In this document: positions 51,650 through 63,002 of the stretch, in pieces
How positions within the stretch are numbered: the first letter of the stretch is position 1
How the letters are laid out: every line of letters starts with the position of its first letter
NCBI RefSeq assembly: GCF_006345805.1
Contig: NC_042998.1
Location: forward strand, 99,262,001-99,326,000
Direction of reading: 5' to 3'
Length of the DNA stretch: 64,000 bases
From: Octopus sinensis
Taxonomy: Eukaryota
Translations under genes and position numbers: made by a program
The notes under the pieces: model-generated
The model's input: the letters and a program-made list of their open reading frames with translations, nothing else
Database searches by the model: none
What the model was told of the DNA's origin: nothing

Positions 51650-52018
51650 GTAAGTTTTTCTGTTGTGAATGTTTCAGGAGTTGGCTGGTGGAATCGGTAG
51701 AGCATCAAACTAAATTCCACAGTACTAGTTCTTTTTCCATTCTAAGTTCAAATTTCATCATTATCAAATTTGCTTTTCATCTTCCAGTACTGGAGTTGAT
51801 TTAATCAACTATGTCCCTGTCCTGATCATGTACCTTTGTTAGAAATCAATATTTCAGTAGATGGTTATGAGAACTGGTTAAACATCAAACTCAATTCTAC
51901 CCATTTTATGTTCTGAGTTCAAACCCCACTTAGGCTGAATTTACCTTTCAGCCTTCTGGGATGTGAAATAAAATACCAATCAAGTTGTAGTAGACAGTTT
52001 TTCATCATTGTTATTTAG

Positions 52019-52365
52019 TTACAAAGGGTAAAGACCTCCTTCAGTCATGAATAACCGTGGGATTGCACCTAGAAAGTTACTCTCTGACAAGTCCAGGCAA
52101 GGTTGTTTATGGAAGACCAATTGTGACCCATGCATACCAGCCTCCCATCTCCCCACCACCGATTTTATCAAAGGGAAAAGTAGAAGCCAATACAGTCTGG
52201 CACCAGTGATGTCACAACTCATTTCTGCAGCTGATTGAACTGGAGCAACATGAGATAAAGTGCCTTGTTCAAGAACGCAACACACAGCCCGGTCTGGGAA
52301 TCAAACTCACTATTTCATGATTGTGAGCCCAATGCTCTAACCACTGAGCCATGCCCCTTCACATT
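52019..52365 (-). mobile_element. tRNA-derived SINE; related partial copy at 26357-26500 (+)
   Basis: ggcatggctcagtggttagagc A-box, gagtttgattccc B-box, ttgctccagt.cactcagctg central motif. Confidence 0.75.
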
Positions 52366-53514
52366 AAGTTATATCTTTTCTCTTCATGTTCATAATAGGG
52401 AGAATTTATCTGTTGTACTGTTTAACACCACCTGACCCTTAAATGCCTTTAACATAGTCCATTTTGTTTTAAGCATTCAGGCCAGATTTTTGGTTTGGAG
52501 ATAAATTCCTCATTTACCCTAGACATAAAAAAATATATCCTGTGAAGCTTAACTGTCAAGTTCTAATGGTTGTTGTCAAAATCGCCTGTATCCTATTCTA
52601 AATGCTGTGATCTTGTACATAAATGCAAGTTGACTCTCTGTGCTCTGATTCAAATCCAGCCAACATCAATTTTGCCTTTCATCTTTTTGGAGTCAATTAA
52701 AAAAAAAGTATTAATCCAGGTTAGTGAACTGGCAGATCTGAAAGAACATCAGACTGGATGCTTTCTAGAATTTGTGCCTGTACTTTGGATTCTGAGTTAA
52801 AATTTCATCATGGCCTACTTGGATGGTAGACTTAATCTGTTGCTGGCTTTAACCCTTTAGCATTTAAACCAATCATATCCAGCCAAAATATTCTGACTGT
52901 TTCATGTTTAAACCAGCCAATTCCAGCTTCTCACACCTACCCTATAATATCATTGTAAAAATATGCAATCAGATCAATTAAATATCAAAGTTACAAGATA
53001 ATGCATGATTAATTCTAAACAATGTTAAGTTAAGTTAATTTTTTGGCTCAAAAAGCAAAAAGCAAGGCCATGTAGGGGGACATGGAGTTATGTACAGGGA
53101 GGGTGTTCATCCAAAGAGTTCAGGCCATTTCTGGTCAAGAGAGACTTTGAACCGAGCAGTCATCAGCATCTTCACTATCTCGTCCGGCAGCTTATTCCAC
53201 GGATCAGCAACCCAGACGGAGAAAGCCCTTCTCCTTCGATAGACCAAGAACTATCCGGGTAGCCAGCTTCAAAAAACAATGTGAATAAATAAGGATTACA
53301 TTTGATAAATTTGATATGGCACCTTCAATTTCTTCAGTAGAATCCACTCTATTGAAAACATTCAAACCATTTGGTTTGAGGGTATTTCCCTCCCTCCCAT
53401 TAGTCTTAGAGGCCCTGTAAAAGATCATGGGTAGTTATCATAATTCAGTTATTCTAGAATTAAATAAAACTCCACAATGTAATAAGTTTTTTTCTCTTCC
53501 TTTCTTCATTACAG

Positions 53515-53610
53515 GTGCCACAATTGGTGGCTGTATCAGATCACAGCTACTCCCGTGTAAAGATAGTAAAATGAATGTTGCCATATTTGATGATATCAAA
53601 ATTTTTTCCA
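53515..53610 (+). CDS. Exon 16: GATIGGCIRSQLLPCKDSKMNVAIFDDIKIFS
   Basis: ttacag| and |gtaagt. Confidence 0.92.
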
Positions 53611-54044
53611 GTAAGTATTTGTATAACAAAAATATAATTTTGAAATTATAGATAAATTTTTTTCATGTTCAAGCACAGTATTTACTCCTTTCATGACTAT
53701 GTTTTTAACAAATAGACTAATTTGTTTCTGTTAATTTTCAATGTAATCTGTATTTTAGAGAAGTTTTAGTATAATATCTGTAACTTTAAATTACAGATAT
53801 CTTACTAATTGCAGACAAGCTTTGATCTTTGATCTCTCTCATTTTGCTATATTAAAAGAAAGTGAGAAGCAGATAGTTAAGGTGATCAGCCAACTAACTG
53901 ACCAACTGATTCAAACTAGCTCTTAAAGTGTTACATGAAATTCTATAAACTTACCACTTATATATGAGTATGCATTCAATATATAATCATATGAGCTGAT
54001 CTTATGTTTACATTTTTGTGATTTTTTTCTTTTTTAATTTCCAG

Positions 54045-54122
54045 GTGGTACATTTTTGATAACTGTTCAAAGTGTTCTGTCCCCAAACATCCATCTTAAA
54101 GCTCCAGATCCCATTCACATAA
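54045..54122 (+). CDS. Exon 17: SGTFLITVQSVLSPNIHLKAPDPIHI
   Basis: ttccag| and |gtatgt. Confidence 0.9.
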
Positions 54123-54142
54123 GTATGTATCTTTCCTACTTT

Positions 54143-54147
<5 letters not shown>

Positions 54148-54198
<51 letters not shown>

Positions 54199-54200
54199 CA
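54148..54200. repeat. (CA)n microsatellite just downstream of exon 17
   Basis: Directly visible. Confidence 0.95.
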
Positions 54201-54389
54201 TGCAATAACTGATGTAAATATTTCAAAAAGTTTACCCTCCATTGGAAATGGTCAAGATAATGAAGCACTAGACTGAATGTGTTTAGGAAGTTTACTTACT
54301 GTGGTTAATAAGTTCAGATTCGCCCATGGTGATTTTAAATTTCAGCCTCCGAGTATCATTAAATAAGTACCAGTAATTTACATTTTACT

Positions 54390-54640
54390 TATTCTGTAGT
54401 CTGGCTGACTGTTGGGGCACCACTAATGACTTTGCAACCAGATCCCTCCATCCATCTCTGTCTTCTGCCTCTCGCCCTGTGTCTCTCAACTTTAGGCCTG
54501 TCCACTCACAGATGCTGTTTCCCCACCTCTTTCTCTGTCTGCCTCTGTGTCTGCCACCTTTGACTGTTCCCTGAAGGATTGTTTTGACCATCCCTGATGA
54601 GCAGGTGACATGCCCAAACCACCTGAGCTTATATTTCTTT
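54390..54640 (-). mobile_element. RTE/BovB-like LINE 3' fragment
   Basis: KTILQGTVKGGRHRGRQRKRW...EDRDGWR. Confidence 0.8.
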
Positions 54641-55917
54641 ACTGTAGCAAGAAGTTCCTCACAGGCCCTTATTACCTGCCTTATTCTTCACTAGGGTTAA
54701 TCCAGTCAACTATATGTCTTTCTTCCCCAAACTGGCTATGGGTTAGTCTGATGAAAAAGCCAATGTTATTATATATAAATATACAATCAATCAGGTATAG
54801 GCTTGGATGTGTGGTTACTTAGTGAACTTTGCGACTTGGTTTAGGGTTCTACTATAACCTCAGTCTGATCATTATCTTCTGCATGAAATCTGGCAGACAG
54901 AAACAGTGGAAATGTGTGTGTGTGTGTGCGTGTGTTTCTTTTCTACAGGCTTTCACATTGGCACCAACTAATTTCATTGCTATTAAATGAGAGATTTGCT
55001 CATCTCTCTTTCACTGCTGAAATAAAGTAGTTGAAAGCTACTTATAAAAATGTAAACAAAACTGTGCCACTCACAACTTATTTATTTACACAACAGTGCA
55101 AAGTTGACGGTCCTTCAATAATTACTAGACCTTTGGATTGTGAGTGAATTGGTAGACAGAAATTGTAGGAAACTGATATGTGTGTGTGTGTGTGTTTATA
55201 TTCTTTGGTGGCATTATTACCTGTTTTTCAACAGGTAAGGGTTGTTGACAGTAAGAGCATCTGGCTGTAAAATTCTGTTTCAAATAAGTCTGTGTCCAAC
55301 CCATGCTAGCATGGAAAGATGGTCTCACTGTGAGAGGAAGCTCATGAGGACAATATTTCCATAAATTACTAACAGCTCTGTGATTAATTATTTTGGCCTT
55401 GTTACAGCTATTACCATTCCAATGGCCTTCATTTGCTATCTCAGTTGAAATATACTTGTCAAATGTTTGAGTAATATGAATTATTTCTATTCAGATATCC
55501 AAAATCTGTCTTGACATTGCTGTTATTCTGTCATGTAATATTTTTATTGTGCAGGTGCAGAATAGAAGCTTGCTTTGTGTTGTTATCAATCTTGCTCCTG
55601 TGTTGACTAAACCACTCTGGTAGTGGTTATTGAAGAATTTTGAGGAAATTTTAGCTAATTAAAATCAGCTAAATCTTCAGCAAGTCAACTGTCTCCAAAA
55701 CAACATGACATGCAGAACATTCACATGAAAAAATAACAAATCTATTCATATTACCATTATAATCATGTTTCGTATTCATTTTGCCTTTAAAAACATCAAC
55801 TTAATATACCTTGATGTCATTTCATCTTATAATTACTGGCTTGTTTATGCTTATTATTTCATTTTAGATTGAACATTTATAATTTATTTATATATTTTCT
55901 CTCTGTCTCTCCCACAG

Positions 55918-56021
55918 AACGTCCTGCACGAACTGCAGCAGAAGTTGAAGCAGCATTTGACGAAATTCAGCTCATGTTACATAAAGTGGCCGCATCTTTA
56001 GATGACACAATTGATTCATAA
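55918..56021 (+). CDS. Terminal exon 18: KRPARTAAEVEAAFDEIQLMLHKVAASLDDTIDS*
   Basis: Pyrimidine tract then ccacag|; ends in TAA. Confidence 0.92.
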
Positions 56022-57999
56022 TTTTTAAACACACACTCATACAAATATACTTCTTCAAACATTGAGCAAATTTCAAGGAATTATTATAATGTATCAAAAG
56101 ATGATAATTTAGCAGAATATTTTATAGTTTAACCCGTTTTCTCCATTTGCTAAAACAGTTTAACACAATTTCTGTAAAACATCTGCTAAGGCTGAATATA
56201 TTTTGTAAAATTACCTTCAGCCAAATGGAGGAATTTTTTTTTTTTTTTATAATTTCTGGAAGAAATGATCTGCTTTGAAAGTTATGACCAGTTTTTACCT
56301 GCTATACTTATTTGGTATTGCGAAGAAGAAAAAGAAGAAAATGGCTAAAATATTTACCCTTGTCTATAAAGTGAGAGGTAAAGTAACACAGTGAGGTGGA
56401 AGACCTGAGCAATATATTTATTGATTTTCTTTCTTTCTAAAATATTTTGGAAATAATCCTAATGTTGTGATTATTTCCTTGTTTTGTTCTTGTTCATTTC
56501 AAGTTTTTTTTTTCTAATTGAGAACCATTGATGAGCATCAATTCAGGTACTTCTCACTTGAGAACAGGGCCATATTTATTGCCACATTGGGAAACATAAT
56601 GTTGTTGATTAATAATCAATCAACTGCTTCACTAAGATGTACCGTCACTGAGTCCAACTTGATAAGTCACTGACAGAATAATTAATTTGATTTTATATAA
56701 GCCTTTTCTCACTATTCAGCTTAACTAACATTTAAACTGATATATTGGACCCTTAATCCGAGCTCCAGTGTGGTCAAGGCTTAGATTTCTTAACTGACAA
56801 GGGGTTCAAAGAGTGATTTGACATTATGATCTACTTTTATCTGTCAAGTTAATTTCAGATAAAGGTCAATATTGGAATTATATTTTAATAATCTATCCCT
56901 ATAATGTATAAAAATATAAGCATACTATGAAGTTGCTTAAGGAATCATTAATTCAGATATTAAAAATGGTCTGAGTCTTGAATTTATACTGTAAACCCAA
57001 ACTAGATTGTTCCATGAATTAATCAGTGTGGTAAAGATTCCTTCCAAGCTTCAAGTGGAACAACTAGTTTGCCTCCTCCTCCTCCTCCTCCTCACTGTCC
57101 TTCAAACCATCACTCTACTGATTGATCATGGGTAGCAATAGCAAATGTTTGTTTTTTTGTGATAAGCTGCATTTATTGTCAACCTCACACAAGATATCTT
57201 TTTTCTATATTCTTTGACCATTAAATTGTTGATGGAATTCCAAAGAAACTATAGTAATGGGTATTTAAAGATATCTCAATACTAATTTTTTATGGCGATT
57301 TAAACATGATCTGTTTTATCTACCTTTTTGTATCAACCAAACAAATTTTTGCAGAAGAATCTTCTGATGAAGGGAGAGAACTATCTATTTAAGAAATGAA
57401 ATGTATTCTACTAGATATGTGTAAATTTTTTTTCAAAAGACATCAGTATTTTTAGGGAGTGTTCTGTTTGTTTTTTTCCCCTCTGTTTTTGTTTTGTTTC
57501 CTTTGTTAAAGTGCATTGAGAAATATCTAAAGTCAAAAGATAAAAATATCTGATCAGATAATTCACTTTAAACCTTTGCTGTTCAATTTTTGCACCAAAG
57601 ACTTCAAATTTTTTAAATGTATTTTTTATACTTTTATTTTATGTTTATTTTAAGATGAAATGAAAGAAACATTTTAGTTTGTTTGTTTGTTTTTTTGCTT
57701 CAAGATTTGTTTTAAAATGATTATAATTTAACAAACTACAAGGTCATTTAACCAGATAGTCAATTAATCCAGCATGTTTGATTAGATCAAAAACATTAAT
57801 ATTTTTGTGTGTATTTCTTCTCAGTTTTGCAATGTAGCATTCCATTAACTGTGGCAGTAGGGTTCTTGTTAATCTTGAACCCATTTGGGAAAATTAACAA
57901 AAATCAAGGAAAAAAAGATGAAATTTAATTTTGATCTTGAATTAAGTTAATTAAAATTATATTTAAAAATATAATTCAAGTAAACTTAAACTAAATAAA
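56022..57999 (+). other. Probable ~2 kb 3' UTR with candidate AATAAA at 57994-57999
   Basis: Transposon-free stretch after the stop codon. The poly(A) site is uncertain because ATTAAA variants occur earlier. Confidence 0.35.
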
Positions 58000-58181
58000 A
58001 CAATGTCTTGAAAATACAGTGGTAATGACAATAGCTAGCAGTGATTTGAGATTTCCAATTAAATCAATATATATTACTAATGTATTGATTTCTTGCCTCA
58101 TGGTACAATATCACCAGCTTTTAAGTGTAATTGAGATGAATCCACTTTTTTTGAGAATCAAAACTTATTCATAAACTTAGT

Positions 58182-58224
<43 letters not shown>

Positions 58225-58634
58225 CTTTCAGAACTTAGTTCTAGTTCTGCAGTGTTCAGCACTGATAAATCTATCATATCTTAAATGAAATACATGCTTT
58301 GCTATATTTTCATTAGCTTCTTATACTAAACTTGAGTAACTTCCTATTGCCTTCATTATGTAGGAACAAAGTCTAAGACTGTTCTTATATGATTCGGTAC
58401 ATATTTCCGAGAGTTAAAGAAACTAAAGTGGATACTGTTGAGTCTCCTTCACAGAAACAATGAAATATTGAATATGAGATGCTGATCTGAACTTTTAACA
58501 TCTGAGTGGGTAGTCTAATACCTTACACATTAGGCCATTTATTCTTCTTTATGTATTTGAAGAATACAACAGAAAGAGTACATTAAATTTGCTGTGGAGA
58601 GTGGAATGTCCAAAGTTTTGGACAAAATCTTTCT

Positions 58635-58913
58635 TCAGAGTAAAGATGATAGGAGGGAAATAAAAGAAAGACAGCAGAGCCTTACATCCTCTATATTTAA
58701 GAAACTGGCTGCAGTACTGGCTACTCTGTTCCCCACAGTAATTTTACTGTACTGTTTCTGTTGCTTTTTTGAGCTAATACAAGTCTTTCTGATGTTGATT
58801 GCCACCTGTCCCTCTGGACTGTATTTAATCTGATATTCCTCTTTATAACTATAAATGTGTTTGAATCCAAATTTTTGAGATAGTTCGTATCCAGTCAACA
58901 AATTACATTTTGA
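58635..58913 (-). CDS. Candidate terminal exon of a convergent gene, 92 aa ending in a GPI-anchor-like signal
   Basis: Acceptor-like ctctctactgtatag| precedes a 92-codon open frame ending ...NRVASTAASFLNIEDVRLCCLSFISLLSSLL*. AATAAA on the - strand at 58538-58543. No upstream exon found in the window. Confidence 0.45.
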   Translation of the reverse strand, partial: SKCNLLTGYELSQKFGFKHIYSYKEEYQIKYSPEGQVAINIRKTCISSKKQQKQYSKITVGNRVASTAASFLNIEDVRLCCLSFISLLSSLL

Positions 58914-61065
58914 CTATACAGTAGAGAGGAATTCATATTTCCAGCTACCTCAAAAAAAATTGCTTTCTTTAATTCTTGTATCTACTCTTTTGTATTAATT
59001 TCTACTTAGATTAAGGTGTAGATATACTAGTGATGAAGTAAGTTTCTCATTTTAGTCAAGAAAGTTGTTCTGTGATGACACTCTATCCTATACCTTTTAT
59101 GAACCAAAGAAAGTATAATCTGGCTATTTATTCTAATGTCAGTAATAAAGAGATTGACTTTCTAGACACTAACCTCTTTATATTCTATGAAGCAGCAAGC
59201 AGTGATGGGAATTTCTATGCAACCTCTTGATCTGCTCAAAATGGCAGCCAGAACTCTTTCAACAAATCCCATCATCATCATTTAATGTCTGGGTTCTATG
59301 CTAGCATGGGTTGGGTGATTCAACAAGTTTCTACAGCAGGATGCTCTTCCTGACACTAACCACTTTACAGAATTTACTGTGTGCTTTTCTTTTATGCCAC
59401 CAGCACTAGTGAAGATTGCTTTATTACTTGCAAGGTTAAGGACCCAAAGTAGCCCCTACAACTAGAAGATAGCATGTTGATTCTAGGTAGGATGCTAAGG
59501 GAGAGAGAAACAGATTTATAGTTGCGATAAGGAGAGTAATAGAGTTGGCACTAACTGTGGTCTGTAACTTTAAAACCTTCAATTTTAAAGCTTAGAACCG
59601 TTTGATAGCATTCAAACTTTGAAGCTATCCACTGACAAAGACTCTAAAAGCTCATAGGCATAAAAAAGTTAAGCCTTAAGGTAAAAGGATACCTATAAAA
59701 TTGTAAAAATATAGATTTCTTATTTTTCTCAATATACTCTACAATGTAGCAAACTGTCCATTGATTAAATTCTAAAGTACAAATCTAAACCGATGTGCTG
59801 GACATTAAGTGTAGAATATCTATACTGTCAGTATTGATGATGGTAATGATAATGATGATGATGATCATGATGATGGTGATGACAGTATGGGTGGCTGGTA
59901 AACATTTAATCAGAACTGCTTAGTGTTTCATAGGATTGTTTACAAGAATTGACTAAGGCTAACTACCACCATCACCATCATCTATAGTTATAACTTAAAA
60001 AAGATACCTCTACAAGTTGTCCAATCTGCTAGTCAAATCTTTCTGAAATCACACCTTGCTGTTTTACAAAAATAGAAAGACCATGTCAGAAAGGATAGTC
60101 CTAGATATTCTGTGTAAGATGGAGATGGTCACAGCCAGAATGCCTTTGATGATAGGTCTGATGTAGAACTAAACAACAATAACTTTACACTACTGATGAT
60201 TAGGTAACATTGTGTAATGTTATGTTGATTACATAGTGATGTTATTTTCAAATAAATTTCAATTGATTTTTATCCGTAGCCATGGATACCAGAAGCTTTT
60301 ACAAGGGAACATACTCTAAATAATCATTTTTCCATACATTCCTATTTTCACTCCATAACTTAATAAGAATCAGTACTTGTTTATTTTCATATTTAATGAT
60401 TATGGAGATGACCAAGTCAGTAGTACACTGTCTGGAGTATTTATATTGGCTTAGTCAAAAGATAGCCCCTGTGAATTTTGTCTTCAGAGCCTCCTAAACC
60501 AGAGTGGTGAAGAGAAAAAGTTATTCTCAGACCAGAACACTCACAATGAATGGTTTCCACTGAAGGTAACCAAGACCCAGGTGGTAGTATTAATCTGAGT
60601 GATGCATTAGATCTACTGATGTTTGATAACATCTAGCTTAGTAAGCTAGCATTCAGAATTTAAAACTTGCAGGATCAACTGGACTCTAATATTTTTCTTT
60701 CTAGAATAGGTAAAATGAACACCAGTAATATACTGAGATTGATTCAATCATATTCTTCTTTACAAAAACAGATTTGTACCTAAACAAAAGGAAATCAATA
60801 TATTACATAAGATTTTTTACTAACCCGGTTGCCAGCAAAAACAAGATGTTGAACTACAAGTTTAACATATGGCTTAAATATCTCTTAGTATATTTAAACT
60901 ATAGAATTAATACTGATTAAATTAACTTAATTCAAGATTAAAGTGAATTTTATTTTAAACTTCAAAACAAGGACAACATTTTACCCAAAAATCAACAACT
61001 AAAAAAAACGTTTATACAAAAATTGGTTCCCTTTTCAACATAAATAATATATATATATATGTACG

Positions 61066-61101
<36 letters not shown>

Positions 61102-61139
61102 CATACACAAACACATATACACACATATATATACACATT

Positions 61140-61278
61140 TGTTTTTTCTGTGTCCCTTTCTGTAGAAGAGTGTAGGCTCGAAACGTAAAAGACTTTTTGT
61201 ATTCCTGAGCGTTATACTAATACATCTGTTTGTTTTGTACACCACCTGTCTTCATCTTTTGTTGTTTTCATAAACTCT

Positions 61279-61323
<45 letters not shown>

Positions 61324-61441
61324 TATAGTTGAAATTTACAGAAAAACATAAGACGAAAACAGGTGTATAAGCAACAAACAAGTGTTTTAGTTTAATGCTT
61401 AGGAAGGTGAGAAAGTCTTTTATGTTTCGAGCCTATGCTCT
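61140..61441. mobile_element. Two diverged Penelope-like termini in inverted orientation around a (TA)n tract
   Basis: gag(c/t)(g/a)taggctcgaaac(g/a)taaaagacttt occurs on + at ~61163 and on - at ~61415-61440. Confidence 0.65.
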
Positions 61442-61470
61442 TATATATATATGTATTATATATATATATA

Positions 61471-61846
61471 TTGTCAATGTATCACATATCTAAAAAAAAG
61501 AAGCAGTCTAAAGCATAGAGCAGTAAAGTAATAAAGTTAATGTCTGGTCATAGAGTGACCAATAGTTTCACATCTACAAAGGCTGTAGCTTTGAGGACGA
61601 GTCATCTATACTCTAGTGTGAAGACTAATTTAACTCTTCACCTATAGGAGGTAGATATCTGTCCAGAGGTGAAGAGTTAAATTTGTCTTCAGACTAGAGA
61701 ATAGATGAGTCATCTGCAAAGCTACAGCTTTTGTGGATGCAAACCACTTGTCACTCTATGACCAGACATTAACTTAATTACTTTAATACTTTACTGTTCT
61801 ATACTTTAGAATGTGCTTCTTTTTTGGATATATGATATATTGACAA
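61471..61846. mobile_element. ~375 bp foldback element between (TA)n tracts
   Basis: Arms 61471-61643 and 61667-61846 are complementary, with a 23 nt loop. Confidence 0.85.
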
Positions 61847-62010
61847 TATATATATATATGTATGCATGTATGTGTATATATATATATGTATGTGTATATA
61901 TATATATAAATATACATGTTTGTATATATGTATACACATGTATATATATAAATATATGTATATATATATGTATACACATGTATATATTTATATATATACA
62001 GACATGTATA

Positions 62011-62063
<53 letters not shown>

Positions 62064-62075
62064 ATAGATATATAT
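61847..62075. repeat. Compound (TA)n/(TG)n microsatellite
   Basis: Directly visible. Confidence 0.95.
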
Positions 62076-62744
62076 CACCCTCTTTCAACATGATCATAAA
62101 ATACTGTAGGTATGACAATTTTGCAGATACAGTCAATGTTGGGAAGAGGATCTAACAATATTAGGTTTGGAATCTCATTTTAGATTTTGCTAAACCAAAA
62201 AAAAAAAGATTATTCCATTATATCGCGACAACTTTTTTAATATATTCAACCTTTAAATTCCTAAGTTTCGCCTCCCACAAAAAGAAAATCAGAAATAGAA
62301 AAAAAAACCCAATAAAATGAAATTGCCAGTCCTTTCTGAGTGGTCTGTCAAAATGATTAAAGATAGAAAAGAAATATTATGAATATTTGAACATTGGTTT
62401 TCTATCTTAGCGTTTTACATTTTTTTAAATCATGTCTAATCATGTTTTAAGTGTCTGTATATATTATTTATATTTTACATACAGCTTGCACTGATGGACA
62501 TTCCTTTTATCAGCTGTTGACTGGAGGTTACAATAATTTCAGTACCTTACAACACTATCCCCTCCATCCAGCAGTGCCAAGCAGCATTGTTGCTACCAGG
62601 GAATGGCCCACATCATATATATATATATAAAAGTTTGTATGTATACATGCATACTCACCCTCATATATATATATATATATATATTCATATATGTGTGTAT
62701 AGTAAGCATATACCCACACACATACATATATATATATATATATA

Positions 62745-62949
62745 AGAGGTGGTACTGAAAAGTTCCTGGCTTTGGGTAAAAGAAAATACAGGAAGATCGC
62801 TTAATTACGATTTTATCCCCTCAGATTCACACACTTATTGCAACAGTCCTTCAGTTTTTCTAAGCCCTATAAAAGAAATGAAAAAGTTTGGCTTCCAACC
62901 AGGCTTTTTGCAATATCCTTAAAACCAGGAACTTTTCAGCACCACCTCG
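62745..62949. mobile_element. mariner-type MITE, same family as 30822-31047
   Basis: Same TIRs and internal sequence; TA flanks. Confidence 0.85.
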
Positions 62950-62953
62950 TATG

Positions 62954-63002
<49 letters not shown>

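Larger units (their letters stand above)
5595..56021 (+). other. Multi-exon gene (5' end outside window): ankyrin repeats + F5/8 type C-like + SAM-like + Ig-like domain protein, 18 coding exons, 1745 nt of CDS visible
   Basis: All 18 exons are bounded by AG/GT, their phases are compatible, and the joined frame stays open until TAA at 56019-56021. Ankyrin motifs include GNTALH, GNTPLH and TAPLHEA. Confidence 0.92.

Noticed and set aside
5595-56021. Naming the gene ASZ1, ANKS or tankyrase
   Set aside because: ANK+SAM is shared, but the intervening discoidin-like domain, the Ig-like C-terminus and the lack of PARP or bZIP-like regions do not fit, so no symbol was assigned.
59560-59700. Strong - strand acceptor (ttttacaattttatag|) as an upstream exon of the convergent gene
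   Set aside because: All three frames hit stops before any usable donor.
60441-60632. - strand 63 aa ORF (LILPPGSWLPSVETIHCECSG...) as an upstream exon of the convergent gene
   Set aside because: No acceptor/donor combination gives an open phase-0 join to the 58913 acceptor.
62480-62610. - strand donor-like gct|gtatgt exon candidate
   Set aside because: In-frame stop in the required phase and no acceptor; it looks like a repeat fragment.
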